From assembly GCA_965221105.1 (NCBI GenBank), contig OZ244871.1:767673-831672 (forward strand): a stretch of DNA of 64,000 nucleotides, written 5' to 3'. Origin of the DNA: Pseudomonadales bacterium (lineage in GTDB: Bacteria; Pseudomonadota; Gammaproteobacteria; Pseudomonadales; GM7GCV1). Position 1 is the stretch's first letter; each line of letters opens with the position of its first letter. Below, piece after piece: positions 27,228-37,199 of the stretch. The notes below the pieces were generated by a model that did not search any database, was not told the DNA's origin, and saw only the letters and a program-made list of their open reading frames with translations. The position numbers and the translations under genes are program-made.

Positions 27228-27644
27228 TCATTCTGAGAATCCCTGACATCCTGGTGCAATAACCAGGTTTTCCACACCATAAAGCGCCTGCCAGTTCTTT
27301 AGCCATAAATGGTATTCAACCCCTTCCAGACTATGATCTTTTGTACAGTCCACATTCCACCGTCTAAGAACATAGCCTGCAGCAGCAGCGCGCACATTTA
27401 CCTTTAGAACACCATCCTGCATGGCATAATCCATTTCGATGGTCTCAGGGTGAGGTAGATTTGGGTGGGCTACCAAATTCATTTCAACGATGCGATTCCA
27501 CTGAATATCGGCCTCACTAGATTCATGATCTTGTGGGCTATCATCAACAACGACTGGATTCGCTATTCGGGTAACCACAAAGTCAATAAATGCCTGGCGG
27601 TTGCGGTCGAACGCCCGAACATGCCAACGCAAGCCATTGTCCAC
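27228..27644 (-). pseudogene. 3' fragment of a BrxR/CapW-like WYL-domain regulator (wHTH and part of WYL missing)
   Basis: GLRWHVRAFDRNRQAFIDFVVTRI is WYL-like and is followed by a WCX-like C-terminal domain. The homology ends exactly at the left boundary (27644) of repeat copy 2. Confidence 0.65.
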
Positions 27645-27704
27645 ATTGGTTGCTCTGTGGCATCATCGTTTCCAGTATGAACATCGTAACTACTCATTCG
27701 AGAG

Positions 27705-28475
27705 ATGGCACTGAGCAATCCACCCTGGGGTGAAAAACGCACCGCAAAAGAACTTCTCCCCATGCTCTGCATCCATGTGTCGCCCCGCATCGTACGACAA
27801 TATATTCCAGACATTCCACCGTGCGTAACGCACGATCAACGCTGGTCAACCTTTGTAAGAAACCACGCCGACTCAAACATTGCCTGTGATTTCTTCACAG
27901 TAGTAACGATCACTTTCCAAATACGCTTTGTTTTTATCGTTATTGAGCATCGCACACGACGTATTTTGCATTTTAGTGTGACGGCACACCCTACGGCTCC
28001 GCGGACATTGCACCAATTACGTGAAGCGATACCAGCCGGCCATCACTACCAATATCTTATCCATGACCCTGATTGTATTTTTTTATCAGCACTGGATCAG
28101 TCCCTTGCCAACATGGGCGTGGAGGTATTGTTAACGCTCTATCGAGCTCCGCAAGCCAATTGCATATGCGAGCGAGTGATAGGTGCTGTTCTGCGAGAAT
28201 GCCTTGATTTCTTTATTCCACTCACCACCAGACACTTGCTGGGCACCTTGAAAACATGGGCGATCCATTACAATCGCGGCAGACCGCACGCTAGCATTGA
28301 CCCTTCAATTCCTGACCCGCCAGATCATCTTCCGGCGAGTCCTCAAACTCGTCACCACATTATTCCGGAGCATTGGCAGACGCCAAAGCAATACCTATCT
28401 GAATGCACTCGAGAAACGCTTTGGCTGGTTGGCGGAAAATCCGAAATCAGGCACCCACCGCACGGATGTTGCTGA
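27705..28475 (+). pseudogene. Decayed rve (integrase core) fragment, copy 2
   Basis: The translation is identical to that of 4347-5117. Confidence 0.6.
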
Positions 28476-28602
28476 AGGCTATTACAGTTTCCCCCGGGGA
28501 GAATATGTTGTCTTCCGCATGATGGGAGAGAAAGGCATAGATATAATCGGCATCCCGCACAGGGAGATGAACATCATCGTCACTTATTGTCTACCTGACT
28601 GA
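28297..28602 (+). CDS. RelE/ParE-family toxin-like ORF, orphan, copy 2
   Basis: The translation is identical to that of 4939-5244. Confidence 0.5.
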   Translation: MTLQFLTRQIIFRRVLKLVTTLFRSIGRRQSNTYLNALEKRFGWLAENPKSGTHRTDVAEGYYSFPRGEYVVFRMMGEKGIDIIGIPHREMNIIVTYCLPD

Positions 28603-28671
28603 ACAATCGGGTGTAAGGTGATGTCCCTGCTATTGCCAACCAGTGCAAGACATTGCCTGCACCAGCGCCGG

Positions 28672-30243
28672 TCACTCCCACTCAATGGTTGCGGGAGGTT
28701 TGCTGGAAATTTCGTACACAACTCGGGACACGCCGGATATTTCGTTGATAATGCGACTGGATACCCGCTCCAGAAAATCGTACGGCAGATGAGCCCAGCG
28801 CGCCGTCATAAAATCGGTGGTCTCAACCGCTCGCAGTGCTATGACGTACTCGTACCGTCGGATGTCACCGACAACACCGACCGACTTGACCGGGAGAAAC
28901 ACGGCGAACGCCTGACTTACCTGGCGATACAGGTCTGCGGCATGGAGCTCGTCGATGAAGATAGCATCCGCCTCCCGCAACAGATCGGCGTATTCCTTGC
29001 GTACCTCACCCAGGATGCGCACTCCCAGGCCAGGACCCGGAAAGGGATGGCGATAGACCATGTCGTGGGGCAGCCCAAGCTCCAGGCCGATCTTGCGAAC
29101 CTCGTCCTTGAACAGTTCGCGCAGGGGCTCCACGAGCTGCAGATTCATATCCTCGGGCAATCCACCCACATTGTGGTGCGACTTGATCACCCTGGCCTTG
29201 CCGGACTTGGCACCGGCAGACTCAATCACATCCGGATAGATGGTCCCCTGAGCCAGCCATTTGACAGCCCTGAGTTTGGCAGATTCCCGGTCAAATACCT
29301 CGATGAAGGTAGTGCCAATAATCTTGCGTTTTGCCTCAGGGTCCTCCACTCCTCTGAGCTTGTCCAGAAACTCCCCTTCTGCATCAACCCTGACAATTCG
29401 CAGACCACGGCTTTCAGCAAACATTGACATGACCTGATCGCCTTCGTTCTTCCGCAGCAGACCGTTGTCAACAAAAACACAGGTGAGCTGGTCACCGATG
29501 GCACGCTGCAGGAGGGCAGCAGTCACCGATGAGTCAACACCGCCGGACAGACCCAGAAGTACCTGGTCTTTCCCAACCCTGTTGCGAATTGAATCCACCG
29601 CCTCCTGGACAATGTTCGCGGGAGTCCAGCATGGCTCGCAGGCGCAGATATCCAGAACAAAGTGCCCAAGCATCCGGCCTCCTTGCAGTGTGTGGGTCAC
29701 CTCGGGGTGGAACTGGATACCATACAACCGTCGCGATGGATCGCTCATCCCCGCAACAGGACAGGAGGGCGTCGATAGCATCAGTTCAAAACCACTGGGC
29801 AGTTCCACGACCTTGTCACCGTGACTCATCCAGACATCCAGATAGCGCAGCCCTGACTCGATGTGGTCAGAGATGTCCATAAGCAACTCGGACTCCGCTT
29901 CCACCTGCACCCTGGCGTAACCGAACTCACGCAGATCAGAGCTTTCTACGCGGCCGCCGAACCGCTCTGCCATCGCCTGCATGCCATAGCAGATACCCAG
30001 CACAGGCACCTCGGCCTGAAACACTGTGTCCGGTATGTGTGGTGCATTGCCCTCGGTTACAGACTCCGGCCCACCGGAGAGAATGATTCCCGAATACTTG
30101 TGCGGCAGTTGCCCTTCGATCAGGTCGCAGGAATGAATCTCCGAGTAAACCCCAATCTCGCGAACCCGTCGGGCAATGAGCTGCGTGTACTGGGAACCGA
30201 AATCCACAATCAATATGGAGTGTCGATGAATATCCAGCCCCAT
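28672..30243 (-). CDS. guaA: GMP synthase (glutamine-hydrolysing)
   Basis: The product is full length at 523 aa. It has a GATase domain (ILGICYGMQ), an ATP-PPase motif (LSGGVDSSV) and the canonical C-terminus PPATIEWE. Confidence 0.97.
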   Translation of the reverse strand: MGLDIHRHSILIVDFGSQYTQLIARRVREIGVYSEIHSCDLIEGQLPHKYSGIILSGGPESVTEGNAPHIPDTVFQAEVPVLGICYGMQAMAERFGGRVESSDLREFGYARVQVEAESELLMDISDHIESGLRYLDVWMSHGDKVVELPSGFELMLSTPSCPVAGMSDPSRRLYGIQFHPEVTHTLQGGRMLGHFVLDICACEPCWTPANIVQEAVDSIRNRVGKDQVLLGLSGGVDSSVTAALLQRAIGDQLTCVFVDNGLLRKNEGDQVMSMFAESRGLRIVRVDAEGEFLDKLRGVEDPEAKRKIIGTTFIEVFDRESAKLRAVKWLAQGTIYPDVIESAGAKSGKARVIKSHHNVGGLPEDMNLQLVEPLRELFKDEVRKIGLELGLPHDMVYRHPFPGPGLGVRILGEVRKEYADLLREADAIFIDELHAADLYRQVSQAFAVFLPVKSVGVVGDIRRYEYVIALRAVETTDFMTARWAHLPYDFLERVSSRIINEISGVSRVVYEISSKPPATIEWE

Positions 30244-30286
30244 CAGGGTTTCCCGCTTTCCACGCTATCCACTGATACAGAAGCCC

Positions 30287-30317
30287 AAAAACAGGGGGCG
30301 ACACTGTATGTCGCCCC
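30287..30317 (-). terminator. Hairpin plus U-tract between guaB and guaA (possible attenuator or partial terminator)
   Basis: On the minus strand the sequence reads GGGGCGACA-UACAG-UGUCGCCCC followed by CUGUUUUUGGG. It lies 27 nt after the guaB stop. Confidence 0.45.
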
Positions 30318-30343
30318 TCGCCCATAATCGCTCCTGATCAGCT

Positions 30344-31846
<1,503 letters not shown>

Positions 31847-31895
31847 TTATAATCGCGCCTCCCAGCAGGGTAAACAGAATCCAGAACCCCAGAAG

Positions 31896-33239
31896 ATGAA
31901 TCCAGAGCAGACACCCACCCGCCGAATTTACAGCGTATCCGAGTTTTCCGCATCCTTGAGCAAGGAGATTTCAGCCCGTTTTCCGAGTATCTGTGTCCGC
32001 GGGGAAGTGACCAACCTGAGCAAACCCAGATCTGGGCACTGGTACTTTTCATTGAAGGATGAATCGGCCCAGATTCGGGCGGTGATGTTTCGCTCAGCGA
32101 ACCTGAAAGCCCACCAGGTTGCCGACGGCGAGGAAATTATTGCCTGCGGTCGACCATCCATATACAGGAACAGGGGCGACCTGCAACTCCAGGTGTCGAA
32201 TCTTCAGCTGGCGGGTGCTGGCGAACTTCAAAGGCAGTTTGAGGTCCTCAAGAACGAGCTTCAGGCTGCAGGGTACTTCGACCGGGCAACCAAAGTTCCC
32301 GTGCCCCGGTACCCCAAGCAGGTCGCTGTCGTAACCTCCACGAGCGGCGCAGTGCTCCATGATATTCGAACCGTGTGCCAACGGCGTGCGCCCGGGCTCC
32401 CGCTGCTGGTCATTCCGTCGAGCGTTCAGGGACCAGACGCGCAGGAATCCCTGGTTGCGGCGGTTGAACGGGCCGACCGAAGACCCGATGTTGATCTGAT
32501 CATACTGGCGCGTGGAGGGGGTTCCCTGGAAGACATGGCCGCCTTCAACTCCCGTGAGCTTGCCGACGCCCTGATACGTTGCCAGACGCCAGTGGTGTCC
32601 TCCGTGGGCCATGAGTCCGATATCAGTATCGCCGATCTGGTCGCCGATGTCCGCGCCGCCACACCCTCGGAGGCTGCCGAACTGGTGACCGAAAGCTTTC
32701 AGGAACTGCCGGGGCGGCTGCAAAACCTCGCTATGAATATGTCCCGGCTGATTGCCCGGGTGCTGCAGTCAGCTGACGGGCGGCTCGCCCTGACAACCAG
32801 CCGCATGCGCAATCCGGCAGAAAGTCTCACCCAGGCCAGTCAGCGCCTGGATTCCCTGGAACCCTTGTTGGACCTGCGTGTCAGGCAGGTACTGCAGGTG
32901 CACCAGAGTCGACTTGCCGAGCACACAAGCCGGTTGAACACCGACAGCCTGAGGCACAGCTTTCTGCGGGCCAGCGAGCAACTCGCCAGCAGGAAAACGC
33001 GGCTGGTGCGAGCACAAACCCAGGCGCTGGAAAACCGACTCAATGCCCTGAAAGCCCAGACAAAGTTCCTCCACGCTTTGAGCCCACTCGCCGTCATGAG
33101 CAGGGGCTACGGGATATCAGAGCGCGAGGATGGCACTATTCTGAGATCAGCACAGCAGGCTCGCCCGGGAGACATCATTCACACGCGGCTGGGGAATGGC
33201 AGTCTGAATTCGGAAGTGATCTCGACCCGGGACTCATAG
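31896..33239 (+). CDS. xseA: Exodeoxyribonuclease VII large subunit
   Basis: The N-terminal OB-fold region reads YSVSEFSASLSKEISARFPSICVRGEVTNLSKPRSGHWYFSLKDE. The 447-aa gene is divergent from guaB, as in many proteobacteria. Confidence 0.9.
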   Translation: MNPEQTPTRRIYSVSEFSASLSKEISARFPSICVRGEVTNLSKPRSGHWYFSLKDESAQIRAVMFRSANLKAHQVADGEEIIACGRPSIYRNRGDLQLQVSNLQLAGAGELQRQFEVLKNELQAAGYFDRATKVPVPRYPKQVAVVTSTSGAVLHDIRTVCQRRAPGLPLLVIPSSVQGPDAQESLVAAVERADRRPDVDLIILARGGGSLEDMAAFNSRELADALIRCQTPVVSSVGHESDISIADLVADVRAATPSEAAELVTESFQELPGRLQNLAMNMSRLIARVLQSADGRLALTTSRMRNPAESLTQASQRLDSLEPLLDLRVRQVLQVHQSRLAEHTSRLNTDSLRHSFLRASEQLASRKTRLVRAQTQALENRLNALKAQTKFLHALSPLAVMSRGYGISEREDGTILRSAQQARPGDIIHTRLGNGSLNSEVISTRDS

Positions 33240-33293
33240 CACAGGGGCAGGAATCTACAGAAAACCTGGCTCTCAAAAAAAGAATCCAGACAC

Positions 33294-35078
33294 CTAGAAG
33301 GGCCAGATCCAGGGAACCAGCACCACGGTCAGAACCCCGATCACCAGCGTCAGGGGAGCCCCCATCCGGAAAAAGTCGACGTATCTGTAATTCCCCGGTC
33401 CATAGACCATCAGATTGGTCTGATAGCCAATGGGTGATGCCAAACTGACCGATGCCGCCACCATCAGTGTGACGACGAAAGGAATCGCACTGACCCCCAG
33501 TTGCTGGGCCACGGATTCCACAATAGGAAACAGCAGGACTGCTGCCGCCATATTACTGACCAGAGCCGTGAGGATCGCAGCGACGGCAAAAAGTATCGCC
33601 AGGGAGGCGTGCGCTGAGCCTCCAGATAGTCCAATCGCAAAGGACGCAAGCGCATCGGCAATACCAACGTTATGAATAGCAACGCCAAGGGAAATGGACG
33701 CTCCAATGACCACCAGAACCTGCCAGTCGATACTTTCCCGTGCCTCGGACACCGAAATACACCGCGTTGCCATCAGCAACATGGCGGCAAGTGCCGCCGC
33801 CTCGAATAACGAGAGCACATGAGTGGTGACCAGAACTATCTGTAGGGCGAGGATCGCCAGCGCCAGATATCTTCGTCCATGCAGCACCGGGCGCGAATTC
33901 ACCCTTCCCGAGATCAACAGAAAATCCCTCTCGAATTTGCGCGATCTCAGAAAGTGAGCGGGCGCCTCGAGCAACAGGATATCGCCCCTGCTGAGCACCA
34001 CGTCGCCAATGCGCTCTTTCAATGGCTCACCCTCACGACAGATCGCGATGATCGCCGCTCCGTAGCGTTTGCGAAACTGACTGTCCTTCACCGTCATGTT
34101 CACATATGGAAAGCTGGCACCCAGCACCACTTCCACAAATTGCCGTTGCGAACGGTCTCCGTCCAGCTTAAACACATGATCTTCAGCGTGTTCCAGTCCG
34201 CGTATCTTTTGCAGATCAACGATGGAATCAACATTCCCTGCAAAGATCAGCCGGTCGTTGGCCAACAGTATGCTTCGTGGTGAAACTGCAGCTATAACCT
34301 GCTCATTGCGCACAATCTCAACCAGATACACACCAGCCAGGTTCCTCAGTCCAGCGGCGGCGATGGTCCGTTGATCGAGAGGACTATTCGGGCTCACAAC
34401 CATCTCTATGGTGTATTGCTTGGGATCCCCGAACACATCAACCAGGTCGTTTTGGGGTAAGAGCCAACGACTGAACAGGACGACAAACAGGATGGTAGCC
34501 AGCACCAGGGGCACTCCGACCCAGGCAAGCTCAAAGAGCTTGAGCCCCTCACCGGTCGAGAGCGCCAACATGTCGTTCAAGACCAGATTGGTGCTGGTGC
34601 CAATCACTGTGCATACGCCGCCAACGATCGCTGCGTAGCTCAGAGGGATCATCAGCTGGGATACAGAGATACCGCTGCGCTTTGCCCAGTCCGACAGCAA
34701 CGGAATAGCCATAGCCACGACAGGCGTGTTGTTCACTACGCTGCTGATAAACGCAACTGGTATCATCAGACGAATCTGCACAATTTCCAACAGATGAGTC
34801 CGCCCCAAGGCATGATTGAACCCCTCAGCGAGAGCGCCTGTCCTGGTAATCGCACTGGCGACAACAAAAAGAATGGCAACCGTCGCCAGCCCCAGGTTGG
34901 AAAAACCACCGAGCACCTCTTCCGGACTGAGCACCCCCAATAGCATGAGCGCGATCGCTGCAGTCATCAAAACAGCGTCAGCTGCAGCGCTGGTCAAGAA
35001 CAGCACCCCGAAACTGCCTACAAGAATCGCGACTGTCAGCCACGCATCCAGACCCAAACTCACCAGCATGATCCCCAA
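33294..35078 (-). CDS. SLC13/DASS-family permease with central TrkA-C-like domains
   Basis: The protein is polytopic and hydrophobic at both ends, with two soluble RCK_C/TrkA-C-like segments in the middle. It is 594 aa. Confidence 0.75.
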   Translation of the reverse strand: MGIMLVSLGLDAWLTVAILVGSFGVLFLTSAAADAVLMTAAIALMLLGVLSPEEVLGGFSNLGLATVAILFVVASAITRTGALAEGFNHALGRTHLLEIVQIRLMIPVAFISSVVNNTPVVAMAIPLLSDWAKRSGISVSQLMIPLSYAAIVGGVCTVIGTSTNLVLNDMLALSTGEGLKLFELAWVGVPLVLATILFVVLFSRWLLPQNDLVDVFGDPKQYTIEMVVSPNSPLDQRTIAAAGLRNLAGVYLVEIVRNEQVIAAVSPRSILLANDRLIFAGNVDSIVDLQKIRGLEHAEDHVFKLDGDRSQRQFVEVVLGASFPYVNMTVKDSQFRKRYGAAIIAICREGEPLKERIGDVVLSRGDILLLEAPAHFLRSRKFERDFLLISGRVNSRPVLHGRRYLALAILALQIVLVTTHVLSLFEAAALAAMLLMATRCISVSEARESIDWQVLVVIGASISLGVAIHNVGIADALASFAIGLSGGSAHASLAILFAVAAILTALVSNMAAAVLLFPIVESVAQQLGVSAIPFVVTLMVAASVSLASPIGYQTNLMVYGPGNYRYVDFFRMGAPLTLVIGVLTVVLVPWIWPF

Positions 35079-35187
35079 GTTACTCTATTGACTCTGCGCG
35101 AGAGCCTGCCCGCAGGCTGAGCAGGTGTGGCAGTCTACCAGACAGCTGCTGCCATATTCCGTATGCGCTGAATCGCTTATCAAAGTG

Positions 35188-37167
35188 TCACGAATCTGCT
35201 GCAAGAAGGTTATCGGCATCACCCAAGGCAGACACAACCCTGGTCAGGAATTTACCAGCATCGGCACCATTGACCAGGCGGTGGTCATATGACAGGGACA
35301 ACGGCATGAGCTTGCGGGGGACAAAGCTGTTGCCATCCCAGACTGGCCTGATCAGGGTGCCTGAAACACCGAGAATCCCCGCCTGTGGAGCAACCACTAT
35401 GGGAGTAAACCCCGTTCCACCGATAGCTCCCAAACTGGACACCGTGAAACCCGCCCCCTGCATATCTGCGGGCTTCAGGATGCCCTCTCGGGCCTTCGTG
35501 GCAAGTTCTGTGATCTCGGCAGCCAGCTGCCAGGTATCCTTGCGATCAACGTTCCGGACGACAGGCACCAGTAATCCTGCCGGGGTATCCACTGCAATGC
35601 CAATGTGAACGTATTGACGTGTTATCAGCTCGAGCCCATTATTGTGCAGTGCTGTATTCAGTCGCGGATTCTCCAGCAGTGCCCGGCCGCAGGCACGCAG
35701 TACAAACGCCAGGGGAGTTATCTTGATCCCTCGGGTCTCGCCCTCCGGCTTGAGCTGGCTGCGAAGATTCTCTGCGGCAGTCACATCGGCGTCATCGAAC
35801 TGGGTGACATGGGGCACATTGAGCCAGGCTGTCGAAACATTGGCGGCCGTAGCCCGCTGAATCCTGGAGGCTTGGCTGGACTCCACCTCACCAAAGCGGC
35901 CCCAGTCAACCCCGGGTACTTCGGGAATACTGCCTCCACCCTCCCGGGACGGAGAACCTCCATGAAGCCGTTTCTTCACGTAGACATGAACATCCTCCTT
36001 GAGAATGCGTTCGCGTGGCCCACTGGGCCGAACTTCAGCCAGATCCACACCCAGCTGTCGCGCCAGCTTGCGCACGGCAGGACCGGCGTGAACTTTTTTG
36101 AATGTACCAGAATCAGATGGTGTGCCAAGGCCTGCGGGCCGGGAGCTCCCGGTATCATGCTGGGCCACGGCGGCATCACCCGTCGGGGACGGCCTATCAT
36201 CGGGTACCGGTTCAGGAGCAGTCTCAGGAGTGCCCTTCGCAGGCAGTACAGTGGATTCCGCAGCGGAGGTGGCGATGGTGACCAGATCCTGGCCGGGTCG
36301 AATGTGTTGCCCTTCGCGGACATGAAGCACCAGGACAGTTCCCGAGGCCTCCGCCGGAATCTCCAGAGACGCCTTTTCTGATTCAGCCACAAGGATTGTA
36401 TCTCCCGATTCAACCCGGTCTCCAACAGCAACCGAAAGCTCGATGACATCGGCTTCGTCCGAACCGATGTCCGGCACCTGGTAGCAGCGTTGTGCAGGCT
36501 CGGCAACGGCGGCATCACCCGTCGGGGACGGCCTATCATCGGGTACCGGTTCAGGAGCAGTCTCAGGAGTGCCCTTCACAGGCAATACAGTGGATTCAGC
36601 AGCGGAGGTGGCGATGGTGACCAGATCCTGGCCGGGTCGAATGTGTTGCCCTTCGCGAACATGAAGCACCAGGACAGTTCCCGAGGCCTCCGCCGGAATC
36701 TCCAGAGACGCCTTTTCTGATTCAGCCACAAGGATTGTATCTCCCGATTCAACCCGGTCTCCAACAGCAACCGAAAGCTCGATGACATCGGCTTCGTCCG
36801 AACCGATGTCCGGCACCTGGTAGCAGCGTTGTGCAGGCTCGGTACAGGAAGTATCAGACGATTTGGCCGACTCGCCGGCCAAGTCGACGGAGATGGGTAC
36901 CTCTGGCCCCTTAGTGATGGCTTCATCAACCTCGGCACACTGAACCTTCACGAGGGCATCCCCCTCCGAAACCTCATCGCCCTCTGCCACCAGTACCGAT
37001 GAAATCTGCCCTTCCCAGGGACAGGGCACTTCAACGGATGCCTTGTCAGATTCAAGCACAACCAGGGACTGATCCCGCTCCAGATTGTCACCAACTGCAA
37101 CCAGCAGCTCGATAACTTCCGCTTTCTCTGCGCCTATATCCGGAACTGTGACGACCTCTTCAGCCAA
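35188..37167 (-). CDS. aceF: Pyruvate dehydrogenase E2, dihydrolipoyllysine-residue acetyltransferase (three lipoyl domains)
   Basis: There are three lipoyl-attachment motifs (ESDKAS, ESEKAS x2), an E3-binding domain (AGPAVRKLARQLGVDL) and the catalytic motif SYDHRLVNGADAGKF. Confidence 0.95.
   Translation of the reverse strand: MAEEVVTVPDIGAEKAEVIELLVAVGDNLERDQSLVVLESDKASVEVPCPWEGQISSVLVAEGDEVSEGDALVKVQCAEVDEAITKGPEVPISVDLAGESAKSSDTSCTEPAQRCYQVPDIGSDEADVIELSVAVGDRVESGDTILVAESEKASLEIPAEASGTVLVLHVREGQHIRPGQDLVTIATSAAESTVLPVKGTPETAPEPVPDDRPSPTGDAAVAEPAQRCYQVPDIGSDEADVIELSVAVGDRVESGDTILVAESEKASLEIPAEASGTVLVLHVREGQHIRPGQDLVTIATSAAESTVLPAKGTPETAPEPVPDDRPSPTGDAAVAQHDTGSSRPAGLGTPSDSGTFKKVHAGPAVRKLARQLGVDLAEVRPSGPRERILKEDVHVYVKKRLHGGSPSREGGGSIPEVPGVDWGRFGEVESSQASRIQRATAANVSTAWLNVPHVTQFDDADVTAAENLRSQLKPEGETRGIKITPLAFVLRACGRALLENPRLNTALHNNGLELITRQYVHIGIAVDTPAGLLVPVVRNVDRKDTWQLAAEITELATKAREGILKPADMQGAGFTVSSLGAIGGTGFTPIVVAPQAGILGVSGTLIRPVWDGNSFVPRKLMPLSLSYDHRLVNGADAGKFLTRVVSALGDADNLLAADS
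36163..36840. repeat. Intragenic tandem duplication in aceF (2 x 339 bp, lipoyl domain plus linker)
   Basis: aa 110-222 and aa 223-335 differ at a single residue (V/A). I saw a handful of nucleotide differences between the two units. Confidence 0.85.
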
Positions 37168-37199
37168 TATCTATCTCCAGCAACTTCTATCTCCAGCAA

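Larger units (their letters stand above)
27644..28683. repeat. 1,040-bp direct repeat, copy 2
   Basis: This segment appears identical to 4286-5325. Its last 12 nt are the final three sense codons plus the stop of guaA (E-W-E-stop on the minus strand). Confidence 0.9.

Noticed and set aside
27088-27306. A 72-aa ORF lies between the WYL fragment and the SNF2 gene.
   Set aside because: It overlaps the WYL-fragment 3' end out of frame. It has no RBS or recognisable motif, so it is probably non-coding leader sequence of the SNF2 gene.
28618-29427. A long + strand ORF (269 aa) lies opposite guaA. Similar long antisense ORFs occur at 45728-46780, 10137-10907, 35605-36381, 37341-38090, 54108-54812, 50642-51262 and 16128-16697.
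   Set aside because: All lie entirely antisense to, or out of frame within, strongly supported genes. Their translations are low-complexity and Arg/Pro/Ser-rich, as expected for shadow ORFs in GC-rich coding DNA.
36163-36840. A near-perfect 2 x 339-bp tandem repeat first looked like a repeat array or mobile sequence.
   Set aside because: It is in frame inside aceF and corresponds to lipoyl domains 2 and 3 plus their Ala/Pro linkers. Highly similar tandem lipoyl domains are normal for proteobacterial E2 and are probably homogenised by gene conversion.
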